A stretch of DNA of 64,000 bases, taken from contig JAQWLS010000009.1 of assembly GCA_029247135.1 (NCBI GenBank), forward strand, positions 1,863 to 65,862. Direction: 5' to 3'. This DNA is from Dehalococcoidia bacterium (GTDB lineage: Bacteria; Chloroflexota; Dehalococcoidia; UBA2979). Within the stretch, counting starts at the first letter, position 1; each line of letters starts with the position of its first letter. Shown here piece by piece: positions 18,076-27,361 of the stretch. Made by a program: the position numbers and the translations under genes. The notes beneath the pieces are model-generated. The model did no database searches, was not told the origin of the DNA, and was given only the letters and a program-made list of their open reading frames with translations.

Positions 18076-18960
18076 ATGGATAATTTTGAAGACAAGGTAG
18101 CGGTAATCACTGGTGCCGCCTCAGGTATGGGACTGGCTTTTGCGAGGCGTTTTGGACAAGAGGGAATGAAGGTCGTGCTAACCGACGTAGAAGAAGATGC
18201 CCTTAATGCTGCCACTCAGGCGCTCAAGCAGGAAGAACTCGATGTGATTGGGGTTCAAGCGAATGTTGCCAACCTTGATGAAGTTCAGTCTCTTGCTGAC
18301 ACAGCTATGAAGGAGTTTGGTCGAGTTGACATACTTTGCAATAACGCGGGCGTTGCAGGAGACCTCGATTTTGTCGGGCAACGTAACCAGCCACTATGGG
18401 AACAGTCACCTGAACTTTGGAACTGGACGTTTGGAGTGAACGTAACGGGCGTTTTGAATGGAATTCGTACGTTCCTCCCTATTATGTTGTCACAGAATGA
18501 GCCTGGTCATGTAGTAAATACTGCTTCAATGGCAGGGCTCTTAGGAGGTTCAAGCGCAGGAATTTATGGTGCAACCAAACATGCAGTCGTCAGAATTACA
18601 GAAGCTCTCTATTTCCAACTAATGGAAGCGGAGTCAAAAATACACGCCTCCGTGTTATGCCCAGGCATTATAAATACACGTATTTTCTCTTCAGGTAGAA
18701 ATCGACCGGATATATTTTGGACTACCGACGAAAAACCCGACGAAAGTGACACTGGCGCACGTATCGACGCAGGTGATCAATTTTTCGCTCATGGCTTACC
18801 GCCTGAAAGCGTCGCGGATCAACTTCTCGAATCGATCAAAAATAATCAGTTTTGGGTATTGACTCCTGACGTACCACTTGAGCGAATATCAATTAGACAT
18901 CAACACATTATCGACCAAACAAACCCAAGTCAGTTGCCTCCTCTGACTCCAATAAATTGA
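18076..18960 (+). CDS. Short-chain dehydrogenase/reductase (SDR)
   Basis: The N-terminal TGAASGMG Rossmann motif, NNAG, and the catalytic YxxxK (YGATKHA) are present. Confidence 0.85.
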   Translation: MDNFEDKVAVITGAASGMGLAFARRFGQEGMKVVLTDVEEDALNAATQALKQEELDVIGVQANVANLDEVQSLADTAMKEFGRVDILCNNAGVAGDLDFVGQRNQPLWEQSPELWNWTFGVNVTGVLNGIRTFLPIMLSQNEPGHVVNTASMAGLLGGSSAGIYGATKHAVVRITEALYFQLMEAESKIHASVLCPGIINTRIFSSGRNRPDIFWTTDEKPDESDTGARIDAGDQFFAHGLPPESVADQLLESIKNNQFWVLTPDVPLERISIRHQHIIDQTNPSQLPPLTPIN

Positions 18961-19008
18961 AGTTTTAAAAAATACTGTCGACTATTTAAGGGTTTGACTG
19001 CCTGCTCA

Positions 19009-20637
19009 TCAAATTAGGTGGCTAGTTGATGCACCCGATAACCAAGTATCGATTATTGGTATTGCATTTAATTGATTAGGGTTCACATGGAAGGGATCCT
19101 GACCAAGAATCGTAAAGTCCGCCAACTTTCCAATTTCCAGACTTCCTATCTGATCATCAATACCTAACTGCCATGCTGCATCGATCGTGACGGCTCGCAA
19201 GGCGTCTTTAAGATCTAATTTTTCAGGCTCATTGATAACTTCACCCGTCACTGCCATTCGAGTCACTGCAGTCTGCACCAAATCCAAAGGATTTGGCGGA
19301 AACATCGGTGAATCAGCGTGCAAGGAAATTCGAATTCCCGCTTCCTGGGCAGTTCGAGCGGGCATTAAATATTGAGATCGCTCGTATCCGATAATTTCGT
19401 CCCGGAGTCGCTGACCATAATATTTAATGTGATTCATATGAAAACTTATTGAGATTCCCAAATCAGCTGCCCGGCTGATCTCGTCTTTCTCCATCAGAGC
19501 ACTATGCTCGATTCGATGACGATGCACTTTGTTAGGAGAATTCTTCAGCACTCGTTCAAACGTATCAAGGACCTCACGGGTTGCCCTGTCCCCCTGTGCA
19601 TGCACCAATATCTGGACGCCTCGATCATGAAGCCCGTTCACAAGTTGATAAAAATCATCTAACTCCCAATTAGCCCGACCAGTTGAGTTTGTCGCTATGC
19701 CCAGACCTTCGGTGGTCAATTCACTATTCAAATAGGGTTGATCCAACAACATGGTCCCTGTGTATGGAGAACCGTCATACCAGAGCTTCACTCCACTAAT
19801 ACCAAACATGTTATTTGAAGAGAATTTGGGTAAATTGTGATTATCAATATCCATGTGCCGTAAATACACGGCATTACGAATCCTAAGTCGATCGGCCTTG
19901 GTTTCATTCTCGTAGAGTGCGACTGTTTCCTCATCCCTGAAGAAGAGTCCCGCAGATCCGATTGTGGTGATACCTACCGACCTATATCGATCGTACTGTT
20001 TAGAAAGGTTATTAGATCGCGTCTTGACTGAGTCATCAAAAAATCTCAAAAATGGTCTCATCGCTGGAGATTCTTCAATCTTTCCAGTCAAACGACCAGT
20101 CTGATCTCGCACATATTCACCACCGAATCGAGCGGGTTCGCTTGACTCATCTATCCCCGCCTCGGAGAAAGCTAAGGAATTCACAAACAACGTATGCATA
20201 CTTTGAGTCATCACAGCAATGGGATTTTCTGGTGCAATCTGGTCAAGTTGATCCCGAGTCAGACCAGTCAAATCGGGGAAAATTACCGGGTCATAGCCAA
20301 AAGCGAATATCCATTCGCCGTTTGGAACTTTGCTAATGGATTTACGAAGAGCGTTCATCACCTCAACTGAGGTTTGGTGTGAAAAACCACTAATATCAAC
20401 CCATGAATACATTTGAGCACAAAGGTCGGGATGAGTGTGGGGCTCGATGAAACCAGGGAACACTGTGCAGTCTAAAAAACTATGTGTCGCCGTATCGGGT
20501 CCCTGCATAGATTGCAGATCAGTGCCCACTGCAAGAATTACTCCATCTTTTATTGCCACAGATGTAACTATCGAATCAGATAAATCCATAGTAATTATCT
20601 GCCTGGCACTAATAATCGTGTCCGCATAAATAGGCAT
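19009..20637 (-). CDS. Amidohydrolase family protein (Amidohydro_3-like metal-dependent hydrolase)
   Basis: 542-aa ORF with the HxH metal-binding motif (EPHTHPDL) near the N-terminus and conserved His/Asp further on. Confidence 0.7.
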   Translation of the reverse strand: MPIYADTIISARQIITMDLSDSIVTSVAIKDGVILAVGTDLQSMQGPDTATHSFLDCTVFPGFIEPHTHPDLCAQMYSWVDISGFSHQTSVEVMNALRKSISKVPNGEWIFAFGYDPVIFPDLTGLTRDQLDQIAPENPIAVMTQSMHTLFVNSLAFSEAGIDESSEPARFGGEYVRDQTGRLTGKIEESPAMRPFLRFFDDSVKTRSNNLSKQYDRYRSVGITTIGSAGLFFRDEETVALYENETKADRLRIRNAVYLRHMDIDNHNLPKFSSNNMFGISGVKLWYDGSPYTGTMLLDQPYLNSELTTEGLGIATNSTGRANWELDDFYQLVNGLHDRGVQILVHAQGDRATREVLDTFERVLKNSPNKVHRHRIEHSALMEKDEISRAADLGISISFHMNHIKYYGQRLRDEIIGYERSQYLMPARTAQEAGIRISLHADSPMFPPNPLDLVQTAVTRMAVTGEVINEPEKLDLKDALRAVTIDAAWQLGIDDQIGSLEIGKLADFTILGQDPFHVNPNQLNAIPIIDTWLSGASTSHLI

Positions 20638-20671
20638 AAATCTGAGTCCTAGTGGAAACTGAATGTAATAG

Positions 20672-20747
20672 TGGTGCGCCGAGAGGGATTCGAACCCCCG
20701 ACTTGCGGTTCCGAAGACCGCCGCTCTGTCCCCTGAGCTACCGGCGC
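20672..20747 (-). tRNA. tRNA-Arg (anticodon TCG)
   Basis: Hand-folded cloverleaf. Acceptor GCGCCGG/TCGGCGC, anticodon stem GCGGT/ACCGC with loop CTTCGGA, T-arm GGGGG-TTCGAAT-CCCTC, encoded CCA, 76 nt. Confidence 0.8.
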
Positions 20748-20758
20748 ATTGCTATATC

Positions 20759-20850
20759 TGGCGGAGAGAGAGGGATTCGAACCCTCGAATCAAGTTACCC
20801 CGATTACACGCTTTCCAGGCGAGCCCGTTCAACCACTCCGGCATCTCTCC
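20759..20850 (-). tRNA. tRNA-Ser (anticodon GGA)
   Basis: Type II tRNA with a long variable arm. Anticodon loop CTGGAAA, T-loop GGTTCGAATCC, encoded CCA, about 92 nt. Confidence 0.8.
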
Positions 20851-20893
20851 GTAAGATAAAACTTTAGTCTATCTCCTCGTACTGGTCATTTTC

Positions 20894-20985
20894 TGGCGGA
20901 GAGGATGGGATTCGAACCCATGAAGCGACATTCGCCGCTTACTCGTTTTCGAGACGAGCGCCTTCAACCACTCGGCCACCTCTCC
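20894..20985 (-). tRNA. tRNA-Ser (anticodon CGA)
   Basis: Type II tRNA. Anticodon stem CTCGT/ACGAG with loop CTCGAAA, long variable arm, GGTTCGAATCC T-loop, encoded CCA. Confidence 0.8.
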
Positions 20986-21044
20986 ACCAAGAAGTTTATC
21001 TCACCTCTAGACAATAAAAAGCTTTTTGTAAATTTATCAACCGC

Positions 21045-21242
21045 TTATTTGCGTGAATTGTAATCGGAAGCCAAATCTTCAAGGCTATCTGATAATTCGT
21101 CTTCAAAGGCTTGCTGCGCTTCCTTTAATCTCTGGGAGAGTTTAGACAGCTGGACAGATTGATCACCAGCCTGCAAATAGCGCATGATGAAAAAGCCGGA
21201 GCCAACGGCAAGAATAAGAAGCAATAATTTCTTGAGACTCAC
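21045..21242 (-). CDS. Small membrane-anchored protein (YtxH-like)
   Basis: 65-aa ORF with one N-terminal TM helix and a charged coiled C-terminus. It is paired with the upstream DUF948-like gene. Confidence 0.45.
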   Translation of the reverse strand: MSLKKLLLLILAVGSGFFIMRYLQAGDQSVQLSKLSQRLKEAQQAFEDELSDSLEDLASDYNSRK

Positions 21243-21581
21243 TTAATCGTCCTCACTTTTTGAACGGCGTATCCCCAAACCAGTCAGAATCGCTGTGGCT
21301 TTTCTGATTCCACGACCGACCGATACGATTCTGATAACCGGATGAACCGCGGAATCAGCAACAAACTCTGTTGCTGCTCTGACATTTTGAACCGATTTAT
21401 GTGCTTCATCTAGGGTTGGCTTGATCGGATCCAGCAACAATGAATTTGTCTGCCTAACTAAAGACCGCACCGCAAACCATAGACCCACCGCCGCAATAAC
21501 CAAAACAAGCATCAATATCAAGCCTAAAAGACCGTAGAGAATAATAACCACATCGCGAATAGTTTCTAGGTCTATGCCCAC
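21243..21581 (-). CDS. DUF948-like membrane protein
   Basis: 112-aa ORF with an N-terminal TM helix followed by a helical region. The architecture is that of DUF948 family proteins. Confidence 0.45.
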   Translation of the reverse strand: MGIDLETIRDVVIILYGLLGLILMLVLVIAAVGLWFAVRSLVRQTNSLLLDPIKPTLDEAHKSVQNVRAATEFVADSAVHPVIRIVSVGRGIRKATAILTGLGIRRSKSEDD

Positions 21582-21666
21582 TTGGCTTCACTCCTCTTCA
21601 ACTAATCTATCTCACCATCCGAGATACTCTGGGTTCATCATACATAGTTCAGAAATATAATTGGCA

Positions 21667-22734
21667 TTACGGCTCGATAATGCCACCACCGAGCACTTGG
21701 CTTCCATTATACAAAACTAAAATCTGACCTGGCGTAGGTCCCCGAGCCGGGGTATCGAACGAGAACACATTGACGTCCCCAATAGAAGTCAATCTGCCTC
21801 TGATCGGATCCGCATGATACCTAATTCGTGCCTCAAATTGATCACCCATTCCTGGAGGATCACCCACCCAAGAAGCCTGGCTAAACCTCGCAAAATCTTT
21901 GTAAAGATCGTCCTCATTGCCAATTACGACTACATTCCGGACCGGATCAATATCGGTGACGAAGTTTTTTTGCCCTGTTGCAATCCCAAGACCTCGTCTC
22001 TGTCCCACGGTATAACCAGCGACTCCAGTATGAGAGCCAACTGCTTGACCACTCGCGAGTTCGATAACACCCGGGTTCATCTCAACACCACGACTTTCTA
22101 GCACGACCCGGTAATCTCCACCAGGAACAAAACATATATCAACCGAATCGGGTTTATCCGCCACGGACATACCTAGCGAACGAGCTACTTCCCTAACTTG
22201 ATGTTTCTGGAGATTACCTAACGGGAACAAAGTTCTAGCGAGTTGGTCTTGACCAAGCATATACAACACGTAGGTCTGATCTTTCTCTGTGTCTGAGGCG
22301 CGATGCAATTCGTACAGTTGATTTTGATTTTCTCTAATACTTGCATAATGACCTGTAGCTAGATAATCACACTCAAATGCCTTGGCTTTTTCAAACAGGA
22401 CATCAAATTTCACGTATTGATTGCAATTCACGCAGGGATTAGGTGTGCGACCATTTTTATATGACTCGATAAACGGATCTAACACATTCGCTTCAAATTC
22501 CTTCTCCATATTGAGGGTGTAGTGTGGAATTCCGATAGCAGCAGCGGCTGACTTAGCATCACCGATATCCTCAATACCACAACAAGTACGTCCGGATCGA
22601 AGCGCCAATTCATCTGGTTCCGTATAAAGTCGTAATGTGACGCCAATAACGTCGTAACCCTGCTGCACAAGAAGCGCAGCCGCAACCGCGGAATCAACAC
22701 CACCCGACATTGCAACTAAAACGCGCTTACCCAC
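21667..22734 (-). CDS. mnmA: tRNA-specific 2-thiouridylase
   Basis: The PP-loop MGKRVLVAMSGGVDSAV and conserved catalytic Cys residues (CCG, CVNCN) are present. Confidence 0.9.
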   Translation of the reverse strand: MGKRVLVAMSGGVDSAVAAALLVQQGYDVIGVTLRLYTEPDELALRSGRTCCGIEDIGDAKSAAAAIGIPHYTLNMEKEFEANVLDPFIESYKNGRTPNPCVNCNQYVKFDVLFEKAKAFECDYLATGHYASIRENQNQLYELHRASDTEKDQTYVLYMLGQDQLARTLFPLGNLQKHQVREVARSLGMSVADKPDSVDICFVPGGDYRVVLESRGVEMNPGVIELASGQAVGSHTGVAGYTVGQRRGLGIATGQKNFVTDIDPVRNVVVIGNEDDLYKDFARFSQASWVGDPPGMGDQFEARIRYHADPIRGRLTSIGDVNVFSFDTPARGPTPGQILVLYNGSQVLGGGIIEP

Positions 22735-22860
22735 TGAAGAATTCCTTTATAACCTTATACTTGATTATGTTCAGTCTACGTCCGAAAATCTTACTCGCCT
22801 AGACTCATGACGCTAAAATTATTTCTATACACCCAAAAGTAGTGAGCTTTTAACAATACT

Positions 22861-23235
22861 ATGACACAAAATAATAAACCTTCCACTTTGCCACCTCCAA
22901 TCGATTTTGCGAGAGAGCTGGTGGACGTACTAACTGATCGACAAGCTGAAGACATCGTCCTGCTAGACATGACCCGACTCCAAGGATTCGCTGATTACTT
23001 CATCATTGCGACAGTAGACAATATTCGACTGGCGGGTGCCGTGGTTGACTCTCTGAGAGCAAGGCTTAAGGAAGCTGAACTTGCAGGTAAACATGAAGGA
23101 AACCCTGAAGACGGATGGCTATTAGTCACCTGTGGTCAAGGAATCGTAGTACATCTATTCTCGCCGGAACGGAGACGATTTTACGATCTGGAGGGCCTTT
23201 GGTCAGAAGCCTCAGAAATTCTTCGCGTCCAATGA
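22861..23235 (+). CDS. rsfS: Ribosome silencing factor (iojap family)
   Basis: 124-aa ORF with the DIVLLDM...DYFIIAT motif. Confidence 0.8.
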   Translation: MTQNNKPSTLPPPIDFARELVDVLTDRQAEDIVLLDMTRLQGFADYFIIATVDNIRLAGAVVDSLRARLKEAELAGKHEGNPEDGWLLVTCGQGIVVHLFSPERRRFYDLEGLWSEASEILRVQ

Positions 23236-23249
23236 ACGCTATTTTCTAG

Positions 23250-23702
23250 CTATTCGAAGACCCAAGAATCGACGTCACGCGACCAACTGATCACATCAGC
23301 ACCAGCTCCAAAGAAAATAGAGATCTCTCGCTCTGCCGATTCCGGTGAATCCGATCCGTGCACCACATTACGCCCAATTTCAAGACCGTAATCCCCTCGG
23401 ATAGTGCCAGGTGTAGCATCAACAGGCTTAGTCCCCCCCATTGTGCTTCTCGCCGCTGACACAGCATCAGTACCTTCAAACACCGCAGCTATGATTGGTG
23501 ACGAAGTAATATAGGCAACTAAGCCCTCAAAAAATGGTTTCCCAACGTGCTCGCCGTAATGATCTTCTGCAAGCTCTCTCGAAACTTGGAGTAACCGTAA
23601 TCCAGCTAAACGCAGACCACGTTTCTCAAATCTCGAAAGAATCTCAAATGATATCCCTCTTTGCATTCCGTCAGGCTTGATTAGAATTAACGTACGTTCC
23701 AT
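23250..23702 (-). CDS. ndk: Nucleoside diphosphate kinase
   Basis: 150-aa ORF with the TLILIKPDG and NVVHGSDS active-site His motifs. Confidence 0.9.
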   Translation of the reverse strand: MERTLILIKPDGMQRGISFEILSRFEKRGLRLAGLRLLQVSRELAEDHYGEHVGKPFFEGLVAYITSSPIIAAVFEGTDAVSAARSTMGGTKPVDATPGTIRGDYGLEIGRNVVHGSDSPESAEREISIFFGAGADVISWSRDVDSWVFE

Positions 23703-23768
23703 AACTCTCCCTCAAATATTTTATTTAATCGCAATAAATCCTGTCTAACAGTATCCCTGCCAAGGGTC

Positions 23769-24487
23769 TTACGTGCCGGTTGGCTTAGTTATATGAGGGG
23801 GTCGCACATAGATAGCGTCTACTAGTCCGGCTGCCAAATAAATCGAAGGATCAGATTCAGCACACTTCAATGCCGATAAGGCTCTTACCGTGTCCTCATC
23901 TTCACGAAAAAAGCGGTCCACACTCAATCTCTCAGCTGAGAAAGACTTACTCACTGAGTCCGTCAAATCTCCCGTCAATAATGCCTGCGGTGGAATAATT
24001 TCGGCAATATCACTATGTGCGTTTACCTGCGGTAAGTTCAAGCTAGATATCAATCCGTCCTCATGGTGTTTGAAACTTTGCCAAACAATACCGGTAGAAC
24101 CAGCATCATGGATAACCGTCACCGCATTAGCCGATTGCCTTCGCTCTAGCACATCCCAGCTATCGGCCAATAAGCGGGAAACTGGTGCAATTGGTATATC
24201 CAAACCAAGCCCAATCCCTTGCACTGTTGCTATGCCTACTCGTAGAGCTGCGTATCGGCCTGGACCAGCTACCACAACAAGCCCCGTAATTTGATCTGTA
24301 AGTAAGTTCGACTTATCAAGAAATAAGTCAAGATTCAGTAGTAACTCTTCTGCTACTGACGATTCAATTCGCCATTTTTTGGTCGTAATAACATTATTCC
24401 TATTTGACTGCCACCATCAACTAACAATGCAAGAGAGACCACTGGGGTAGACGTGTCAACTGAAAGAATTACTCGTTTTTTATCCAT
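23769..24487 (-). pseudogene. tsaB: tsaB (tRNA t6A N6-threonylcarbamoyltransferase subunit), interrupted by a frameshift
   Basis: The N-terminal 44 codons (MDKKRVILSVDTSTPVVSLALL..., start ATG at 24487 overlapping the tsaE stop) run to a TAG at about 24353. The conserved remainder (…AEELL…GLVVVAGPGRYAALRVGIATVQG…) continues in a different frame down to 23769. The junction is near nt 24350-24370, close to an A6 run. Confidence 0.7.
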
Positions 24488-24956
24488 ATGTTTCTAATCT
24501 CTTAGCCATCTCTCCATATTTTTCACCCAATACTGTCACAGTAATCGAACGCTCGTCATTAATTTCGAGGGTTTTAAAGTCAACAAATATATGCTCCATC
24601 GGTAAAACTTCGATACCGCGTTCAGGCCACTCAATTACCAGAACACCTTCACTCGATTGAGCCACTAAATCAAGATCTTCGACATCAGTAACACTAGTAA
24701 GTCGGTACAAATCCGCATGGTAAAGAGGAATAACACCTTGATGAACAGTCATCAACACAAAAGTTGGACTATTTACTTGTGAGTCAACTTTCAGGGCCTC
24801 ACCAACTCCCTGAGTGAAAGCAGTCTTACCAGCACCTAGATCTCCATTTAAAAGGACCACATCACCTTTTTGAAACAATTTCCCCAACTTTTTCCCAAGT
24901 GAGCGTGTCTGTTTCACACCTTTCGTTTTGAATATAATTTCCCGCTTCGACGTCAT
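24480..24956 (-). CDS. tsaE: tRNA t6A biosynthesis ATPase TsaE
   Basis: 158-aa ORF with the P-loop GDLGAGKT and YjeE family motifs. Confidence 0.85.
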   Translation of the reverse strand: MTSKREIIFKTKGVKQTRSLGKKLGKLFQKGDVVLLNGDLGAGKTAFTQGVGEALKVDSQVNSPTFVLMTVHQGVIPLYHADLYRLTSVTDVEDLDLVAQSSEGVLVIEWPERGIEVLPMEHIFVDFKTLEINDERSITVTVLGEKYGEMAKRLETYG

Positions 24957-24959
24957 TTA

Positions 24960-25994
24960 CTAATTACCATGATCCCAACCGCGAATCGCTGGACTGTATA
25001 TCTCACCCTGAGAATCAAGTGCTCGGACTGCAGATTCATCAGCTAGTTGCTCAACAACTCGACCTACAACCGTCAACTCTATATCGCTCTCATACTCAAT
25101 ATCTTTTAGAAGTTCTTCACCAAAAATAAGAGCTAATTCATAGTCTTCTCCTCCACCTAATCCCAAATCTAAAGCCTTGGGTCTTCCAAGCAAAGCTATA
25201 GCTGCCGCTTCGAGTGGAATATCATCACAAATAATTTCAATATCTACTTGCGATGCACTCGCTATGTGACCCAAATCTTGCAAAAAACCATCCGAAATGT
25301 CGATAGCACATAGTGCACCAGAAATTAACGCTTTTCTACCTGAGGCAATACGTGCCTCCGGTCGACGGTGCCTTCGCACAAGTATTTCCGAGGACTGGTC
25401 GATTTCGTCAGAGCCCTTAATCAATGAAAGACCAGCTGCCGACGCACCAAGTCGCCCAGTGACAACGACAATGTCACCCAATTTGGCCGAATTCCTCCGC
25501 AATATCCGATTGTCTGAATAGTGTTCAACTTCACCTATTACGGTGATCGAGATCCCATTACTACTACCTTTAACTATATCGCCGCCGGCGACTTTTACTT
25601 CATGAAACAGACAGGCATCACTAATCCCCTTCACGAGACCATCGACGAAGGTAGGTGAAGTAAGTTCAGAGATAGTCAACGAAATTAATAACATTTTAGG
25701 AGTAGCTCCCATAGCAGCGATATCTGAAACCGAGGCCGCGACGGCTCGCCAACCAACATCTGATGATGTCATGGTCGAATCAGGACCCTCAAGCCAATGC
25801 ACCCCAGCCGTCATGGCATCAACACTCGCAACAATTAAATTTCCCGGACTTGATACAGCCCAAACCGCTGCATCATCGCCCGGTGGCACAACAATATCTT
25901 GAGCTGCAGCGACTCCTAATTGATCAATAATTCGACTAATAAGGTTAAACTCTCGAAAAGAAAATGATTCGTCTCGTGCACCTAAACTAACCAT
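24960..25994 (-). CDS. thiL: Thiamine-monophosphate kinase
   Basis: AIR-synthase-related fold. The GDDAAV motif lies near the N-terminus. 344 aa. Confidence 0.75.
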   Translation of the reverse strand: MVSLGARDESFSFREFNLISRIIDQLGVAAAQDIVVPPGDDAAVWAVSSPGNLIVASVDAMTAGVHWLEGPDSTMTSSDVGWRAVAASVSDIAAMGATPKMLLISLTISELTSPTFVDGLVKGISDACLFHEVKVAGGDIVKGSSNGISITVIGEVEHYSDNRILRRNSAKLGDIVVVTGRLGASAAGLSLIKGSDEIDQSSEILVRRHRRPEARIASGRKALISGALCAIDISDGFLQDLGHIASASQVDIEIICDDIPLEAAAIALLGRPKALDLGLGGGEDYELALIFGEELLKDIEYESDIELTVVGRVVEQLADESAVRALDSQGEIYSPAIRGWDHGN

Positions 25995-26049
25995 ATATGC
26001 AACTCACTCAACTTCTAACACGATTGATACACCGAGGAAATCACACAAA

Positions 26050-26775
26050 ATGAACATGAAACCCCGAATACTCATTTCGCGTGCTGAACATATCCCTTCA
26101 GAAAACTGGAACGACTACGCCACATGTGTTACTCAGGCAGGAGGCGTCGCCATTCCATATGATCTAGACACTTATTATACCCAAACTAAACTTCCGGAAT
26201 ACGACGGAATTGTTTTAACTGCAGGAATCGATGTTCAGCCTGGTCGATACGATGAGAAACCACATCCAAAAGTTACGGACTGGGATATAAGACGAGATGA
26301 TTTTGAATCAGCTCTAATTGATGATGCACTGCAAAAGAAAAAAGCACTCCTATGCATTTGCAGGGGCATTCAGCTGCTTAACGTCTGGGGTGGTGGGTCG
26401 CTCTTACAACATCTAACTGACCGTGAGCCCCACCGCGCTCGCAGAAATCCAATAAATCAGGATATTGAAAGTGGTTGGCACGATGTCTCAATAAAAAGTA
26501 ATAGCCTTCTTCATCAAATCACTGGACAAAATATAATTCGGGTCAACTCCAGGCATCATCAAGCCATAACTAAAAATTCGCTGGGCCAGAATATTACGGG
26601 TACTGGACTAACACCCGACGGAATTGTAGAAGCTATCGAAATTGCTAACACACACTGGACTCTTGGAATTCAATGGCATCCAGAACGGCCTGAAATGGCG
26701 GGAAATACAGACTACGACGACGGAGCAAAAAAAATTTGGAATGCCTTCGTTGAGGCGGCAAAGTCAACCAAATAA
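26050..26775 (+). CDS. Class I glutamine amidotransferase-like gamma-glutamyl hydrolase (peptidase C26, PuuD-like)
   Basis: The catalytic Cys context LLCICRGIQLL and the His/Glu region HQWHPE are present. Confidence 0.75.
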   Translation: MNMKPRILISRAEHIPSENWNDYATCVTQAGGVAIPYDLDTYYTQTKLPEYDGIVLTAGIDVQPGRYDEKPHPKVTDWDIRRDDFESALIDDALQKKKALLCICRGIQLLNVWGGGSLLQHLTDREPHRARRNPINQDIESGWHDVSIKSNSLLHQITGQNIIRVNSRHHQAITKNSLGQNITGTGLTPDGIVEAIEIANTHWTLGIQWHPERPEMAGNTDYDDGAKKIWNAFVEAAKSTK

Positions 26776-27281
26776 TGAAAAACAATGATACGTTCATATA
26801 TTTTGCATACGGTTCAAATCTTGATCCTGAAAGATTGTATTTAAACTGTCCGTCCGCACAATTTCTGTCTGCCGGCAAATTGTATGAATACACCCTAAAT
26901 TTCACAAAAACCAGTGAAATACGATGGAGGGGAGGTGTGGCTGATATCGTGGAAACTCCAAATGCCTCGATGTGGGGGGCAATCTGGCAAATAAATATTT
27001 CCGAGTCAGATGCGCTCGATCGCCAGGAAGGGGTACACGCCAATCCGCAAGGCTATCATCGACTGGATATAACCGTCGAAAGTGCCGACGGCAGAAGTAT
27101 CGAATGCCGAACCTACCAAGTTACCGTGAGGGAAGCCCTCAACATACCGCCCTCACCCGCGTACAAAGAAACTCTCGTGAGAGGTGCAAAATACTGTGAA
27201 CTGCCGGCCGATTATCAGACTTTGATAGCGAATATCAAAGACAACGGGCGAGCTGGTGGTGATCCAAGACTGGAGCCATAA
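26775..27281 (+). CDS. Gamma-glutamylcyclotransferase-like (AIG2/GGCT fold) protein
   Basis: N-terminal YFAYGSNL motif. The start overlaps the upstream stop (TAATGA). Confidence 0.6.
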   Translation: MKNNDTFIYFAYGSNLDPERLYLNCPSAQFLSAGKLYEYTLNFTKTSEIRWRGGVADIVETPNASMWGAIWQINISESDALDRQEGVHANPQGYHRLDITVESADGRSIECRTYQVTVREALNIPPSPAYKETLVRGAKYCELPADYQTLIANIKDNGRAGGDPRLEP

Positions 27282-27361
27282 ACCCATACTTTGGCCGACA
27301 ATTAAGGGCTTAATCTGCTAAAATGGATAGGCATGTGAGCGGTTTAAAAATCTGAGGTCCG

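Noticed and set aside
20652-20867. 71-aa ORF in the six-frame track overlapping the tRNA-Arg and tRNA-Ser genes
   Set aside because: It is fully explained by the tRNA genes on the opposite strand, so it is a spurious ORF.
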